From contig CAWHTE010000011.1 of NCBI GenBank assembly GCA_963832165.1, positions 192,001-256,000 on the forward strand: a stretch of 64,000 bases of DNA. Direction: 5' to 3'. A model generated the notes under the pieces. The model was not told the origin of the DNA, ran no database searches, and saw nothing but the letters and a program-made list of their open reading frames with translations. Below, piece after piece: positions 50,276 through 60,183 of this stretch. Made by a program: the position numbers and the translations under genes. Source of the stretch: an uncultured delta proteobacterium (GTDB taxonomy: Bacteria > Myxococcota_A > UBA9160 > SMWR01). Every line of letters begins with the position of its first letter. The first letter of the stretch is position 1.

Positions 50276-52042
50276 ATGCGGGTGCGTTGGGGATCGATCG
50301 CCGTGGTATGCGCGCTCGCGGGTGCGCTGGGCTCCGCGTGTGGCGGGGGCGGCGGTGGAGGAGGAGGCGGCGGCGGCGCTGGAGCCCCTGCCAGCTCTGC
50401 GTTCCCTCAGGGCTTCTTGCCGGTGCGATTCGCCGTGACCGGCGGCAGCGGCGATGTGGCGTTCCGCTCGGGCGGCGATCTCTACGTGGTCGATGGGAGC
50501 GCCGACGTCACCGCGGTTTCGCGAGCGGACGGCACCGCGACGGTGTTCGCGAGCGATGTCGACAGCGGCAACGCCGTGTTGCGCTCGATCGCGGTCGGGT
50601 CGGACGGCAGGGTCTTCGCGGGCGACGACGCCGGAAACATCTGGGTGATTCCCGCGAGCGGCGGCTCCTCGGCGCTGCTCGTCGACACGGCGACTGGTGC
50701 CGAGGTCACGGGGCTCGCGGTTGCGCCGAACGGGTTCGGCACCGCGGGCGGCTCGCTGGTCGCAGCCGTAGGCACGGACGGGATCGTACAGGTCGCCACG
50801 GACGCGTCCGCGGCGGTGACGCCGCTCGTTCCCGGTGGAAACCGCTACGTCGACGTCGCGTTCTCGGGCACGACGCTGCTCGCGCTCGACGGGACCAGCG
50901 ACGAGATCGACACGGTCAGTGCGGCCGGTGTCGTCGCGTCGCTCCAGGGCGGCTTCAGCAATCCGGTGGGGATGGCCGTCGACGACGGCCGCGCGGAGAT
51001 CTGGGTCGCCGATGCGGGCGTCGACATCCTGCGCGCGGTTCCGGTCGCGGGCGGAGCCGCGCCGAGCGATCGCGCTCCCTACGATTTCAGCGCGACCGCG
51101 CCGAGCGGCGTCGCATACGACGGCGTCGGCACGATCGCGTTCGTCACGCGCGGATCGGTGGTGGTGCGGGGGTCGGCGGTCCCGCGCATCGATGTGGCGA
51201 GCGTCAACTTCGGGCCGAGCTTGAGCGGCCCGACTGTGGGCTACGGCGATCTCGAGCTCGATCGCGACGGCGCGTTCGTGCTGGTCGGGAACGACACCGT
51301 CGATCCGATGGGGAACTTCCTGTTCCGCGTGAGCCGCGACGGCGCTACCACGAGCGTGCTGAACTCGAACGTCGGTGCCGCCGGCGAGCAGCTGCTGAGC
51401 CTCGCGATCGATCCGGCCTCGCAGGCGATCTACATCGGGACCGACCAGGGAAACATCTATCGGCGCAGCTCCGACGGGACGGTCGCCCTGCTCGTCTCCG
51501 CGTCCGCGGCCGCCGTGCTCGGCCTCGAGCTCGCGCCGGGCGGCTTCGGCTCGTTCGGCGGTCACCTGATCGCCACGACCGAGGCAGGTGAGCTGCTCGC
51601 GATCGATCCGCTGAGCCCCAATCCGCCGGCGGGCATCACGCCGAGCGAGGCGCTCACGGCGCTGGACGACCTCGTGTTCGCGAGCGACGGAACCCTCTAC
51701 GCGGTGGAGAACGACGGCGGCGGGGCGGCGCGCCTGCTCTCGATCGCGGCGGATGGCACCGTGACGCGCCTCAACACGCCCAAGGGTCAGCTCGGCCGGC
51801 CCGACGGGATCGAGATCGACGAAGGCGGCGACCGCCTGCTCGTGACGAGCGTCTTTGCCGTGGGCGGCGACAAGCTGCTCGAGGTGGCGCTGTCCAACTC
51901 GGACGTGAACCAGCTCGCGAGCATCGACGTCGACAACGGCTTCAACCCGACCGGAATCGTCTACGACCGGCTCGGGACCGCGATCCTGCGCAGCGGCGGA
52001 GACACCTCCACGTCGCTCGACGCCATCTCCGTCTTCCCTTAG
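50276..52042 (+). CDS. Lipoprotein with tandem beta-propeller-like repeats
   Basis: Lipobox LGSAC followed by poly-Gly; repeated IAV/LAI-xxDG-xxYV strands; two similar halves (GLAVAPNGFG and GLELAPGGFG). Confidence 0.75.
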   Translation: MRVRWGSIAVVCALAGALGSACGGGGGGGGGGGGAGAPASSAFPQGFLPVRFAVTGGSGDVAFRSGGDLYVVDGSADVTAVSRADGTATVFASDVDSGNAVLRSIAVGSDGRVFAGDDAGNIWVIPASGGSSALLVDTATGAEVTGLAVAPNGFGTAGGSLVAAVGTDGIVQVATDASAAVTPLVPGGNRYVDVAFSGTTLLALDGTSDEIDTVSAAGVVASLQGGFSNPVGMAVDDGRAEIWVADAGVDILRAVPVAGGAAPSDRAPYDFSATAPSGVAYDGVGTIAFVTRGSVVVRGSAVPRIDVASVNFGPSLSGPTVGYGDLELDRDGAFVLVGNDTVDPMGNFLFRVSRDGATTSVLNSNVGAAGEQLLSLAIDPASQAIYIGTDQGNIYRRSSDGTVALLVSASAAAVLGLELAPGGFGSFGGHLIATTEAGELLAIDPLSPNPPAGITPSEALTALDDLVFASDGTLYAVENDGGGAARLLSIAADGTVTRLNTPKGQLGRPDGIEIDEGGDRLLVTSVFAVGGDKLLEVALSNSDVNQLASIDVDNGFNPTGIVYDRLGTAILRSGGDTSTSLDAISVFP

Positions 52043-52695
52043 CTGGACCCAGCCGCCGCCGCGAGCCAGTGCGTCTGGTTCAGGTGCGCCGCGAACGGGT
52101 CGTGCGCGGCGTCGCTGTGCCACTGGTACTCGGTCACGAGTGCGACGGCTTCCGCGCGCGCGCGCCCGTACAGGCGCGCGATCACGCCGAGCGCCATGTC
52201 GGTGCCGGCCGAGACACCGGACGAGGTCACGAACGGGCCGTCCTCGACCCAGCGCGCCTGCTCGATCCAGTCGACCTTCTCGCCCTGTCCGCGCGCGAGC
52301 TCGAAGAAGATCTTGTTGGAGGTGGCGCGCCGGCCGTCGAGCAGCCCCGCGCGCGCGAACAGCGCCGACCCGGAGCACACCGACATCGAGACCTCCGCGC
52401 TGCGCGAGCGCGTGCGCAGGAACTCGTGCAGCGCGTCGTTGCCGAGCTGCGCGAGCGTGCCGATCCCGCCCGGCAGGAGCAGCAGATCGAGCGCGGGCGC
52501 GCTCGCGAAGCTGTGGCGCGCGAGCGTCTCCGGCCCCTGCGCGGAGCGCACCGGGCCCACTTCCTGGGCAACCGTCTCGATCCGCAGCTCGGGGCCGAGG
52601 CAGCCGAACATCTCGAGCGGCCCGTAGAGATCGAGCAGCTCGAAGTCGGGGTATAGGATCGCTCCGAGCGTTCGGACGCGGGCGGGCGAGGTCAT
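52039..52695 (-). CDS. DJ-1/PfpI-family protein (isonitrile hydratase-like)
   Basis: FELLDLYGP, LLPGG, SVCSGS, TSSGVSAGTD. Confidence 0.9.
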   Translation of the reverse strand: MTSPARVRTLGAILYPDFELLDLYGPLEMFGCLGPELRIETVAQEVGPVRSAQGPETLARHSFASAPALDLLLLPGGIGTLAQLGNDALHEFLRTRSRSAEVSMSVCSGSALFARAGLLDGRRATSNKIFFELARGQGEKVDWIEQARWVEDGPFVTSSGVSAGTDMALGVIARLYGRARAEAVALVTEYQWHSDAAHDPFAAHLNQTHWLAAAAGSS

Positions 52696-52816
52696 GATCC
52701 ACTCCTGCGCAGGGCGGGCGCACGGGCGAGGATCGTCGGCGCCGCGCGCGTCCGCAATGACAACCATCCGGCGAATCCGGCCATCCGGAGCGACTCGTTG
52801 GTATCCTCGGCGACCG

Positions 52817-53511
52817 TGACGTCGCCCCGGATCGTGCTCTACGCACCGCGCGGGATGCCGCTCACCGAGAAGGTCGGGCGCGCGCTGCGCGTGAAGAAGC
52901 TCGCCTTCGAGATCGTCGAGCCGGAGACCGCCGAGGACTACCGGCGATTCTCGCCCGAGACCGGGCTCCTGCCCGTGGTCGACGTCGACGGCGTGAGGGT
53001 TCCCGACTCGGCCGCCATCCTCGACTTCCTGGACGAGCGCTTCCCCGAGCCCCGGCTCGTCTCCTCGGACGTGCGCGCGGCGCGCGAGCAGCGGCGGCTC
53101 GAGAGCTGGATCGACGAGACGCTGGCCTTCTACATCCTGCGCTGGGTGCGCAGCCGGATCGGGCCCGACGTGCCGCTGCCCGTCCGCGGTGGCGGCTTTC
53201 CGCTCGGCTCGATGTCGGAGCTCGGGCTGGTCGGCCGCGGGCGGATCCGCACGGAGGCGTTCGATCCGGACGGGCAGGGTCCGGGGCCCGAGTTCGCGCG
53301 GCGGCTCGACGATCTCGATCACATGCTGGGCACGCGCCGCTATTTCTACGCGGACCGGATCAGCCGCGCAGATCTCTCGGTCTGCTCGTCGCTCTCGGTG
53401 ATGCACCGCGACATCTACCCCGGCGCGCGCGCGCTGCTCATGGCGCACGCGAAGCTCTTCGAGCACACCGAGCGCGTGCTCGACGAGACCGGTGGACCCA
53501 AGCCCGTGTGA
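52817..53511 (+). CDS. Glutathione S-transferase family protein
   Basis: GLLPVV...DSAAILDFLDERFP; ISRADL; start uncertain. Confidence 0.8.
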
Positions 53512-53530
53512 GAACGCGAAGGAGAGCGCG

Positions 53531-53812
53531 ATGAAGGCCACCCTCGAAGGGCGCGTGATCGCCGAGACCGACGACATCGTCGAGTGCGCGGGCTATGCCT
53601 ACTTCCCGAGCTTCGCGGTGCGCGTGGAGTGGCTCGAGAAGGCGCCAAAGACGGAATCGGATCGCGCCTGCCCGCACGGCGTGCAGTTCTACGACCTCGT
53701 GATCGACGGTGCGCGCCACGAACGCGTCGCGTGGTGTTACGAGGCGCCGCGGCCCGCACTCGCGCACGTGACGGATCGCTTCGGCTTCTGGAAAGAGGTC
53801 GAGGTGAGCTGA
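53531..53812 (+). CDS. DUF427-family protein
   Basis: MKATLEGRVIAETD...YFP...CPHG...AWCYEAP...FW; AAGGAG RBS. Confidence 0.85.
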   Translation: MKATLEGRVIAETDDIVECAGYAYFPSFAVRVEWLEKAPKTESDRACPHGVQFYDLVIDGARHERVAWCYEAPRPALAHVTDRFGFWKEVEVS

Positions 53813-53819
53813 GACGGAC

Positions 53820-55658
53820 ATGAGCGAATCCGCACCCGGAGCGGACCCCACGCTCGCCGACGCGCCCGCTCGCGAGCCGAGGGGGGATCTCGCCGTCGTC
53901 GGCACGATGATCCCGTACCTGCGCCCCTATGCCGCGCGGATCGCGGTCGCGCTCGCGCTGATCGTCGCGGCCAAGCTGCTGCACCTGCTCGTGCCAGTCG
54001 CGCTCAAGCACATCGTCGATCGGCTCGACGTCGAGCCCTCGCTCATGATGCTGCCGGTGGCGCTGCTGCTCGCGTACGGCTCCGCGCGGATCGGCGTCAC
54101 GATATTCACCGAGCTGCGCCAGGTGGTGTTCGCGCGCGTGATGGCGCGCGTGTCGCGCCGCGTGACACTGCGCGTGTTCGAGCACCTGCACTCGCTCTCG
54201 CTCGCGTTCCATCTCGACCGCCGCACCGGCGGCGTCGCACGCGACGTCGAGCGCGGCGGCGCCGCGGTCTCCGATCTGCTCGATCTCACGATCTACACGA
54301 TCCTGCCCACCGCGCTCGAGGTGGTGCTCGTCACGGCAGTGCTCTTGTGGGCCTATGACGGGGGCTTCGCGCTGATCGCGCTCGGGACGATCGCCGCGTA
54401 CGCGCTCTGGACCTTTTCGGTGACCGAGTGGCGCACGCGCTTCTTCCGCGCCGCCGTCGAAGCCGACACGCGCGCGAACGAGCGAGCCGTGGACTCGCTG
54501 CTCAACTACGAGACGGTCAAGTACTTCAACAACGAGGCGCACGAGGCGGCGCGCTACGACGAGCGCCTGCGAGAGCTCGAGGACGCGCGCGTGATGGCGC
54601 AGAAGACGCTCGCAGTGCTGAATCTCGGGCAGACCGTGGCAGTCTCGATCGGGGTCACCGCGATGATGTGGCGCGCGGCCGCCGGGGTGGTCGCGGGCCA
54701 GCTCACCGTGGGCGATCTCGTGCTCGTGAACGCCTATCTCCTGCAGCTCTCGGCGCCGCTCTTCCTGCTCGGGATGGTCTATCGCGAGTTCAAGCAGGCG
54801 CTCGTGAACATGGAGCGCCTGTTCGGTCTGCTCGACGAGCCGCGCGACGTGCGGGACCGCTCCGACGCGGAGGCGCTCTCGGTTTCGCGCCCGAACATCC
54901 GGTTCGAGGGTGTGCGCTTCGGCTACGACCCGCGCCGCGAGATCCTGCACGGAGTCGATTTCGAGATCGCGCCCGGCGGCACGGTGGCGGTGGTGGGTCA
55001 TTCCGGTTCGGGGAAGTCGACGCTCTCGCGTCTGCTCTACCGCTTCTACGAGGTCGGCGCGGGCGCGATCCGGATCGACGGTCGCGACCTGCGCGAGTTC
55101 ACCCAGGATTCGCTGCGCGCGGCGATCGCGATCGTCCCCCAGGACACGGTGCTCTTCAACGACACGATCTACTACAACATCCTCTACGGGCGCCCCGGCG
55201 CGAGCCGCGCCGACGTGGAGGAGTCCGCGCGCGCGGCGCACATCCACGAGTTCATCGAGACGCTCCCCGACGGGTACGAGACGGAGGTCGGCGAGCGCGG
55301 GCTCAAGCTCTCCGGCGGCGAGAAGCAGCGCGTCGCGATCGCGCGCGCGCTGCTCAAGAACCCCGCGATCCTGATCTTCGACGAAGCGACTTCCGCGCTC
55401 GACTCGAAGGCGGAGAAGGCGATCCAGGCGGAGCTCGAGCGCATCTCGGTCGGCCGCACGGCGCTCGTGATCGCGCACCGGCTGTCGACCGTGATGAGTG
55501 CGGACGAGATCCTCGTGATGGACGCGGGTCGTATCGTCGAGCGCGGAACCCACGACGAGCTGCTCGCGGCGCGCGGCCGCTACGCACAGATGTGGCAGCT
55601 CCAGCAGGAGGGCCACGACGAGGAGGCATCGCCCGCGCCGCAGGTGGCGGCGCGGTGA
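53820..55658 (+). CDS. ATM1/HMT1-type ABCB exporter (fused permease-ATPase)
   Basis: DSLLNYETVKYFNNE, GHSGSGKS, LSGGEKQR, FDEATSALD. Confidence 0.95.
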   Translation: MSESAPGADPTLADAPAREPRGDLAVVGTMIPYLRPYAARIAVALALIVAAKLLHLLVPVALKHIVDRLDVEPSLMMLPVALLLAYGSARIGVTIFTELRQVVFARVMARVSRRVTLRVFEHLHSLSLAFHLDRRTGGVARDVERGGAAVSDLLDLTIYTILPTALEVVLVTAVLLWAYDGGFALIALGTIAAYALWTFSVTEWRTRFFRAAVEADTRANERAVDSLLNYETVKYFNNEAHEAARYDERLRELEDARVMAQKTLAVLNLGQTVAVSIGVTAMMWRAAAGVVAGQLTVGDLVLVNAYLLQLSAPLFLLGMVYREFKQALVNMERLFGLLDEPRDVRDRSDAEALSVSRPNIRFEGVRFGYDPRREILHGVDFEIAPGGTVAVVGHSGSGKSTLSRLLYRFYEVGAGAIRIDGRDLREFTQDSLRAAIAIVPQDTVLFNDTIYYNILYGRPGASRADVEESARAAHIHEFIETLPDGYETEVGERGLKLSGGEKQRVAIARALLKNPAILIFDEATSALDSKAEKAIQAELERISVGRTALVIAHRLSTVMSADEILVMDAGRIVERGTHDELLAARGRYAQMWQLQQEGHDEEASPAPQVAAR

Positions 55659-56725
55659 GCGCGGCAGGGAACCCGACGGAGTCGGCCCGGCTGGCGCGCC
55701 CGATCTCGCTCGCGCTGCTCGCGGCCGCGCTGTTCGGTGCCGGGGTGCCCGCGAGCAAGACGCTGCTCGCGGAGATCCCGCCGTTCCAGCTCGCGGGTCT
55801 GCTCTATCTCGGCGCCGCGCTCGGAGTCGCACCAGCCACGTTGTTCGCGGGTGGGCTGCGCCTCCCGCGCGCGGGAGATCGCAATCGGCTGCGCCTGCTC
55901 GGCGCGATCGCTGCGGGCGGCGTGTGCGGCCCGCTGCTGCTGCTGTTCGGGCTGCGCCTTGCTGGGGCGGCGTCGGTGTCGCTCTGGCTCTCGTTCGAGG
56001 TCGCGGCAACCGCGCTGCTCGGTGTGCTCGTCTTCCGCGATCGGATCGGTGCCCTCGGCGCCGCGGGGGTGGTCTGTGCGCTTGCGGCCGCGCTCGTGTT
56101 GTCCGCACGCGAGGGCGCGAGCGGGGTTGCCGCGGGCGCGCTCGTGCTCGCCGCGTGCATTTGCTGGGGCCTCGACAACCACCTCACTGCGCTGATCGAC
56201 GACCTCGCTCCGAGCCAGATCACGTTCTGGAAGGGGCTCGGCGCGGGCACCGTCAACTTCGCGATCGGGGTTGCGAGCGCTCCGCTCGCGGGATCGGTCG
56301 CCGTGCTGTTCAGCGCGCTCGGCGTGGGCGCGCTCGCCTACGGGGTGAGCATCGCGTTGCTGATCTCCGCATCGCAATCGCTCGGAGCGACGCGCGCCCA
56401 GAGCTTGTTCGCGAGCGCGCCGTTCTTCGGCGCGCTGTTCGCGATGCTGTTCCTCGGCGAAGCGCTCGGCGCAGCGCACCTCGCGGGTGCGCTGCTATTC
56501 GCCGCGGGCGCCGTGCTGCTCGGGCTCGATCGGCACGCTCACACCCACGCGCACGCCGCACACGAGCACGAGCACGCGCACCGCCATGACGACGGTCACC
56601 ACGACCACGCGCATCCGGGCGAGCCGCGTTCGCTTTGGCACACCCACCGCCACCGGCACGAGCCCGCGGTGCACAGTCACCCGCATTGGCCGGATCTGCA
56701 CCACCGGCACGAGCACGAGGAATAG
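55655..56725 (+). CDS. DMT/EamA transporter with His-rich C-terminal tail
   Basis: Many hydrophobic helices, WGLDNHLT; tail HAHTHAH...HWPDLHHRHEH. Confidence 0.88.
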   Translation: MSAAGNPTESARLARPISLALLAAALFGAGVPASKTLLAEIPPFQLAGLLYLGAALGVAPATLFAGGLRLPRAGDRNRLRLLGAIAAGGVCGPLLLLFGLRLAGAASVSLWLSFEVAATALLGVLVFRDRIGALGAAGVVCALAAALVLSAREGASGVAAGALVLAACICWGLDNHLTALIDDLAPSQITFWKGLGAGTVNFAIGVASAPLAGSVAVLFSALGVGALAYGVSIALLISASQSLGATRAQSLFASAPFFGALFAMLFLGEALGAAHLAGALLFAAGAVLLGLDRHAHTHAHAAHEHEHAHRHDDGHHDHAHPGEPRSLWHTHRHRHEPAVHSHPHWPDLHHRHEHEE

Positions 56726-58564
56726 CTACTCGACGTATCCGAGGCCGCGCAGCTGGTCTTCGGTCGTCTCGTCGATCGCCGTCGGTGTCGCCGGCTCGGC
56801 GGCGCTCGTCTCGTAGCTGTCGATCCTGCGGACCTGTACGCCGCGCGTGAGCAGCGCCGTGGGCACGTCGCCCGCGAGGTCTTCGGCCACGGGCAGGCCG
56901 AGCAGCGTCAGCGCGAGGGGCACCACGTCGTAGATCGAGAGCGCGAGGCGCTCTGCGCCCGGAGCGATCCCGGGACCCGCGGCGATGAGCATTCCGTCGA
57001 GGCGATGTCCGCCCCACTCGCCGGGCGCGGACGCGAAGCCGTGGTCGGAGAGCACGATCACCGCCGTCTCGGGGCCGAGTTCGGCCACGAGCCGTCCGAG
57101 CAGCCGGTCCGACTCGCGATAGGCGCGTGCGACCTTGTCGCGGTGCGCGCGCAGCTCGTCGGCGGGCAGTGCTGCGTAGTCCTCGGGGCGGTGGAAGCGC
57201 CAGAACGCGTGGGAGACCCGGTCGGGCAGCGTGATCACGTGCGCGGTGACGCGCCAGTCGCGCCGCCACTCGCGCAGCGCGAGGCTCGCGCGCAGATGCA
57301 TCTCCTCGACGTCGACGAGGTGCTCGAAGATCGCGTCGCGCGCGATCGGATCCGCGACGCTCTTCCAACCGGTCGGCTCGACCACGTACATTCCCAGCCC
57401 CGCGACGAGCTCCTGCACCTCTGGCGAGCTCGCGTAGGGATGGATCGGCGCGCGCGGATCCTGGAACGCCGGGGTCGAGAGCAACGCCCCGCCGTCGAGT
57501 TGCCGCAAGCGCACGTACAGACGCCCGCTCGGCGCTGGCGTCGCGAGCCACGGAGACCACGCGCCGCGCGCGAGCTCGATGCGCTGGCCGGCGACGGTCC
57601 AGACCGCCGGATCCCGGTCGCGGCCTCCCTCCCGCGCAAACGCGATCGGCACCTGCGCGAGCGGAACCCATCCGCGCCGGGCCGCTGCAGCGATCGCGAT
57701 GTGACGCCATCTCCTCGCCGGGTCGAGCCATCCGCCCAGCGACGCCTCTGCGTGTAGGGAGGATCCGTCACCCGACGTCGCCACCTCCGCGTCGTGGAGC
57801 GGTCCGGCTTGCTCTTGCTCTCTCACGGCGATCGCGAGGTTCTGCGTGAGCCGCGGGTCGTTTCCGGCGCGGCGCAGCGGGGCCGGGATCGGGAAGCCCG
57901 ACACCAGCGCGCCTAGGGCGGCGGTGGGCGGCCACGTGCCGGGCACGTTCACCACGAGCGAGGCGAGCCCCGCGGCGCCCGCCATCTCCCACAACGTGCC
58001 GGTGCGCCGATTGGCGGAGTGCGCGCTGTGCCAGTCGACGATGCCGTGCTGCTCGGGCGGGCGACCCGAGAAGATCGACGTCCAGACCACGGGCGACACG
58101 GTCGGCTCGATCGATCGCAGCACCGCGCTGCGCCCGCGCGACGACAGCGCGGCGAGGTTCGGCAGCTCGCCTGCGCGGATCAGTGAGTCGATCACCGACC
58201 AGTCGCCACCGTCGAGTCCGATGATCGCGACGCGCGAGGCCAACGCGTCGCGCGGTTCGCTCTGCGCGAGTGCGTGAGTCGCAGCGGTGTCGGGAGCCGG
58301 AGGCACGAACGCGGAGACGACCGCGGGTGCCAACCCCGCGAGCGCGAGCGCCGCGGCCAGGCCGGTCGCGAAGCCGTGTCGCGCGCGCGGAGCCGCGATC
58401 GCGAGGCACACGCCGAGTCCGAGCCCGAGCGCTGCGTGCGCCAGCGCGAGTGCGCACGAGCCCAGCACACCGAACCCGTAGAGCCACGACCAGGCGACAC
58501 CGGCGGCCAGCGATCCGAGCACCGCGCCGGAGCAGGTTCTCGTCCCGGAGAGCGCGTTAGTCAT
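56726..58564 (-). CDS. Membrane-anchored alkaline phosphatase-superfamily protein (type I phosphodiesterase-like)
   Basis: IIGLDG, SPVVWTSIFSG, PDRVSH, LSDHGF, QLRGLGY. Confidence 0.88.
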   Translation of the reverse strand: MTNALSGTRTCSGAVLGSLAAGVAWSWLYGFGVLGSCALALAHAALGLGLGVCLAIAAPRARHGFATGLAAALALAGLAPAVVSAFVPPAPDTAATHALAQSEPRDALASRVAIIGLDGGDWSVIDSLIRAGELPNLAALSSRGRSAVLRSIEPTVSPVVWTSIFSGRPPEQHGIVDWHSAHSANRRTGTLWEMAGAAGLASLVVNVPGTWPPTAALGALVSGFPIPAPLRRAGNDPRLTQNLAIAVREQEQAGPLHDAEVATSGDGSSLHAEASLGGWLDPARRWRHIAIAAAARRGWVPLAQVPIAFAREGGRDRDPAVWTVAGQRIELARGAWSPWLATPAPSGRLYVRLRQLDGGALLSTPAFQDPRAPIHPYASSPEVQELVAGLGMYVVEPTGWKSVADPIARDAIFEHLVDVEEMHLRASLALREWRRDWRVTAHVITLPDRVSHAFWRFHRPEDYAALPADELRAHRDKVARAYRESDRLLGRLVAELGPETAVIVLSDHGFASAPGEWGGHRLDGMLIAAGPGIAPGAERLALSIYDVVPLALTLLGLPVAEDLAGDVPTALLTRGVQVRRIDSYETSAAEPATPTAIDETTEDQLRGLGYVE

Positions 58565-58638
58565 GCGCCGGACGATTTTCCCTTGCGCACGCGCGCACGG
58601 ACGCGCAAGCTGAGAAGCGCTCGAAGGAGGAGTCAGCC

Positions 58639-58917
58639 ATGCGACGCATCGATCGATCGATCATCACGGCCCTTTGCTTCGTCTTCCTCGCGTTCGTTCC
58701 CGTGTCGGGATCTGCCGAGGACACGTCCGGTCTGAAGGATTGCGGTGACCGCAAATGTACCGAGTGGGCGCCCAAGGGCGAGAAGACGTGTCGGACCTGC
58801 AGCACGGTTCAGTGCGAGAAGCAGGGCGACCAGGAGCTGATGAAGGGCGTGAAGAAGGAGACCCAGTGCTACGAGGGCCACGGCGACCCGCCCAGCGACG
58901 AGGAAGCCGGGGAGTAG
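58639..58917 (+). CDS. Small secreted Cys-rich protein
   Basis: AGGAGG RBS; signal peptide; six Cys in the mature part. Confidence 0.7.
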   Translation: MRRIDRSIITALCFVFLAFVPVSGSAEDTSGLKDCGDRKCTEWAPKGEKTCRTCSTVQCEKQGDQELMKGVKKETQCYEGHGDPPSDEEAGE

Positions 58918-58944
58918 CGCGGCTCGCTTCGGGGCGAGGTAACG

Positions 58945-60168
58945 ATGGGTGGGCCGCGCCGGGCCACGCTCGTCTTCATCCTCGTCACCGTCACGCTCGA
59001 CATGCTCGCATTCGGGATCGTGATCCCGGTGCTGCCCAAGCTCGTGCTCGACTTCACGGGCAGCGCGACGAGCGCGGCGTGGTGGCAGGGCGTGTTCGGC
59101 ACGCTGTTCGCGGTGATCCAGTTCTTCTTCGCCCCCGTGCTCGGCGCGCTCTCGGATCGCTTCGGACGCCGTCCCGTGATCCTGCTCTCGAACTTCGGTC
59201 TGGGGCTCGACTATGTGCTGATCGCGCTCGCGCCGAACCTGTGGTGGCTGCTCGCAGGCCGCGCGATCGCGGGCTTCTGCTCCGCCTCGATCAGCGTGCC
59301 GAGCGCCTACATCGCGGACGTCACGCCGCCGGAGGAGCGCGCGGCGGCCTTCGGCGCGATCGGCGCCGCGTTCGGCATCGGCTTCATCCTCGGGCCGTTC
59401 ATCGGCGCCCAGGCCGGCGGCATCGATCCGCGCCTCCCGTTCTGGATCGCCGGCGCGCTGACCCTGGCGAACTTCGCTTACGGAATGTTCGTGCTGCCCG
59501 AATCGCTGCCGCCGGAGCGGCGCGCGTCGTTCGATTGGCGCAACGCCAACCCGATCGGCTCGGCGCTGTTGATCCGCCAGTATCCCACGCTGTGGGCGCT
59601 GTTCGGCGTTTCGGTGCTCTGCTACCTCGCGCACGACTCGCTGCCGCACACGTTCTTTCTCTACGGCAACACGCGCTTCGGGTGGGACCAGAAGATGGTC
59701 GGGTACGCGCTCGTCGCGGTGGGCGTGATGAACGTGATCGTGCAGGCGGGTGCGATCGGCCCGATCGTGAAGGCACTCGGCGAGAAGGGCGCGCTCTACT
59801 TCGGGCTCGGCATGGGGCTCGCCGCGTTCATCCTCTACGGCGTGGCGTGGTCCGAGTGGGTCGTGTTCGCGGCGATCGCGCTCGGCGGCTTCTGGTGGAT
59901 CTGGAACTCCGCCGCGCAGACGATCCTGTCGAAGACGGTCGCGGCGACCGAGCAGGGCCGACTCCAGGGCGCGCTCGCGAGCGTGCGTGCGGCTTGTCAG
60001 GTGTTCACGCCCGCGATCTTCAACGGCGCGTTCGCGGTGGGCGTGCGCGTCGACACGCACTGGTCCGGCGCGCCGATGCTCGTCTCCGCGGCGTTGCTCG
60101 CGCTCGCGGTGCCGTTCGCGCTCGCGGCGACGCGCCGGATTTCCGAGACAGTCGCAGAGGCCCCGTGA
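58945..60168 (+). CDS. TCR/Tet-family (DHA1) MFS transporter
   Basis: LDMLAFGIVIPVLP, GALSDRFGRRP, AYIAD, GFILGP. Confidence 0.93.
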   Translation: MGGPRRATLVFILVTVTLDMLAFGIVIPVLPKLVLDFTGSATSAAWWQGVFGTLFAVIQFFFAPVLGALSDRFGRRPVILLSNFGLGLDYVLIALAPNLWWLLAGRAIAGFCSASISVPSAYIADVTPPEERAAAFGAIGAAFGIGFILGPFIGAQAGGIDPRLPFWIAGALTLANFAYGMFVLPESLPPERRASFDWRNANPIGSALLIRQYPTLWALFGVSVLCYLAHDSLPHTFFLYGNTRFGWDQKMVGYALVAVGVMNVIVQAGAIGPIVKALGEKGALYFGLGMGLAAFILYGVAWSEWVVFAAIALGGFWWIWNSAAQTILSKTVAATEQGRLQGALASVRAACQVFTPAIFNGAFAVGVRVDTHWSGAPMLVSAALLALAVPFALAATRRISETVAEAP

Positions 60169-60183
60169 ATTATTCGATCGCGC

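Noticed and set aside
58780..58805. CRTCS in the small secreted protein as a haem c site
   Set aside because: Lacks the His of CxxCH.
58945..60168. Calling the MFS gene tetA (tetracycline resistance)
   Set aside because: Only family-level similarity; no tetR or mobile context.
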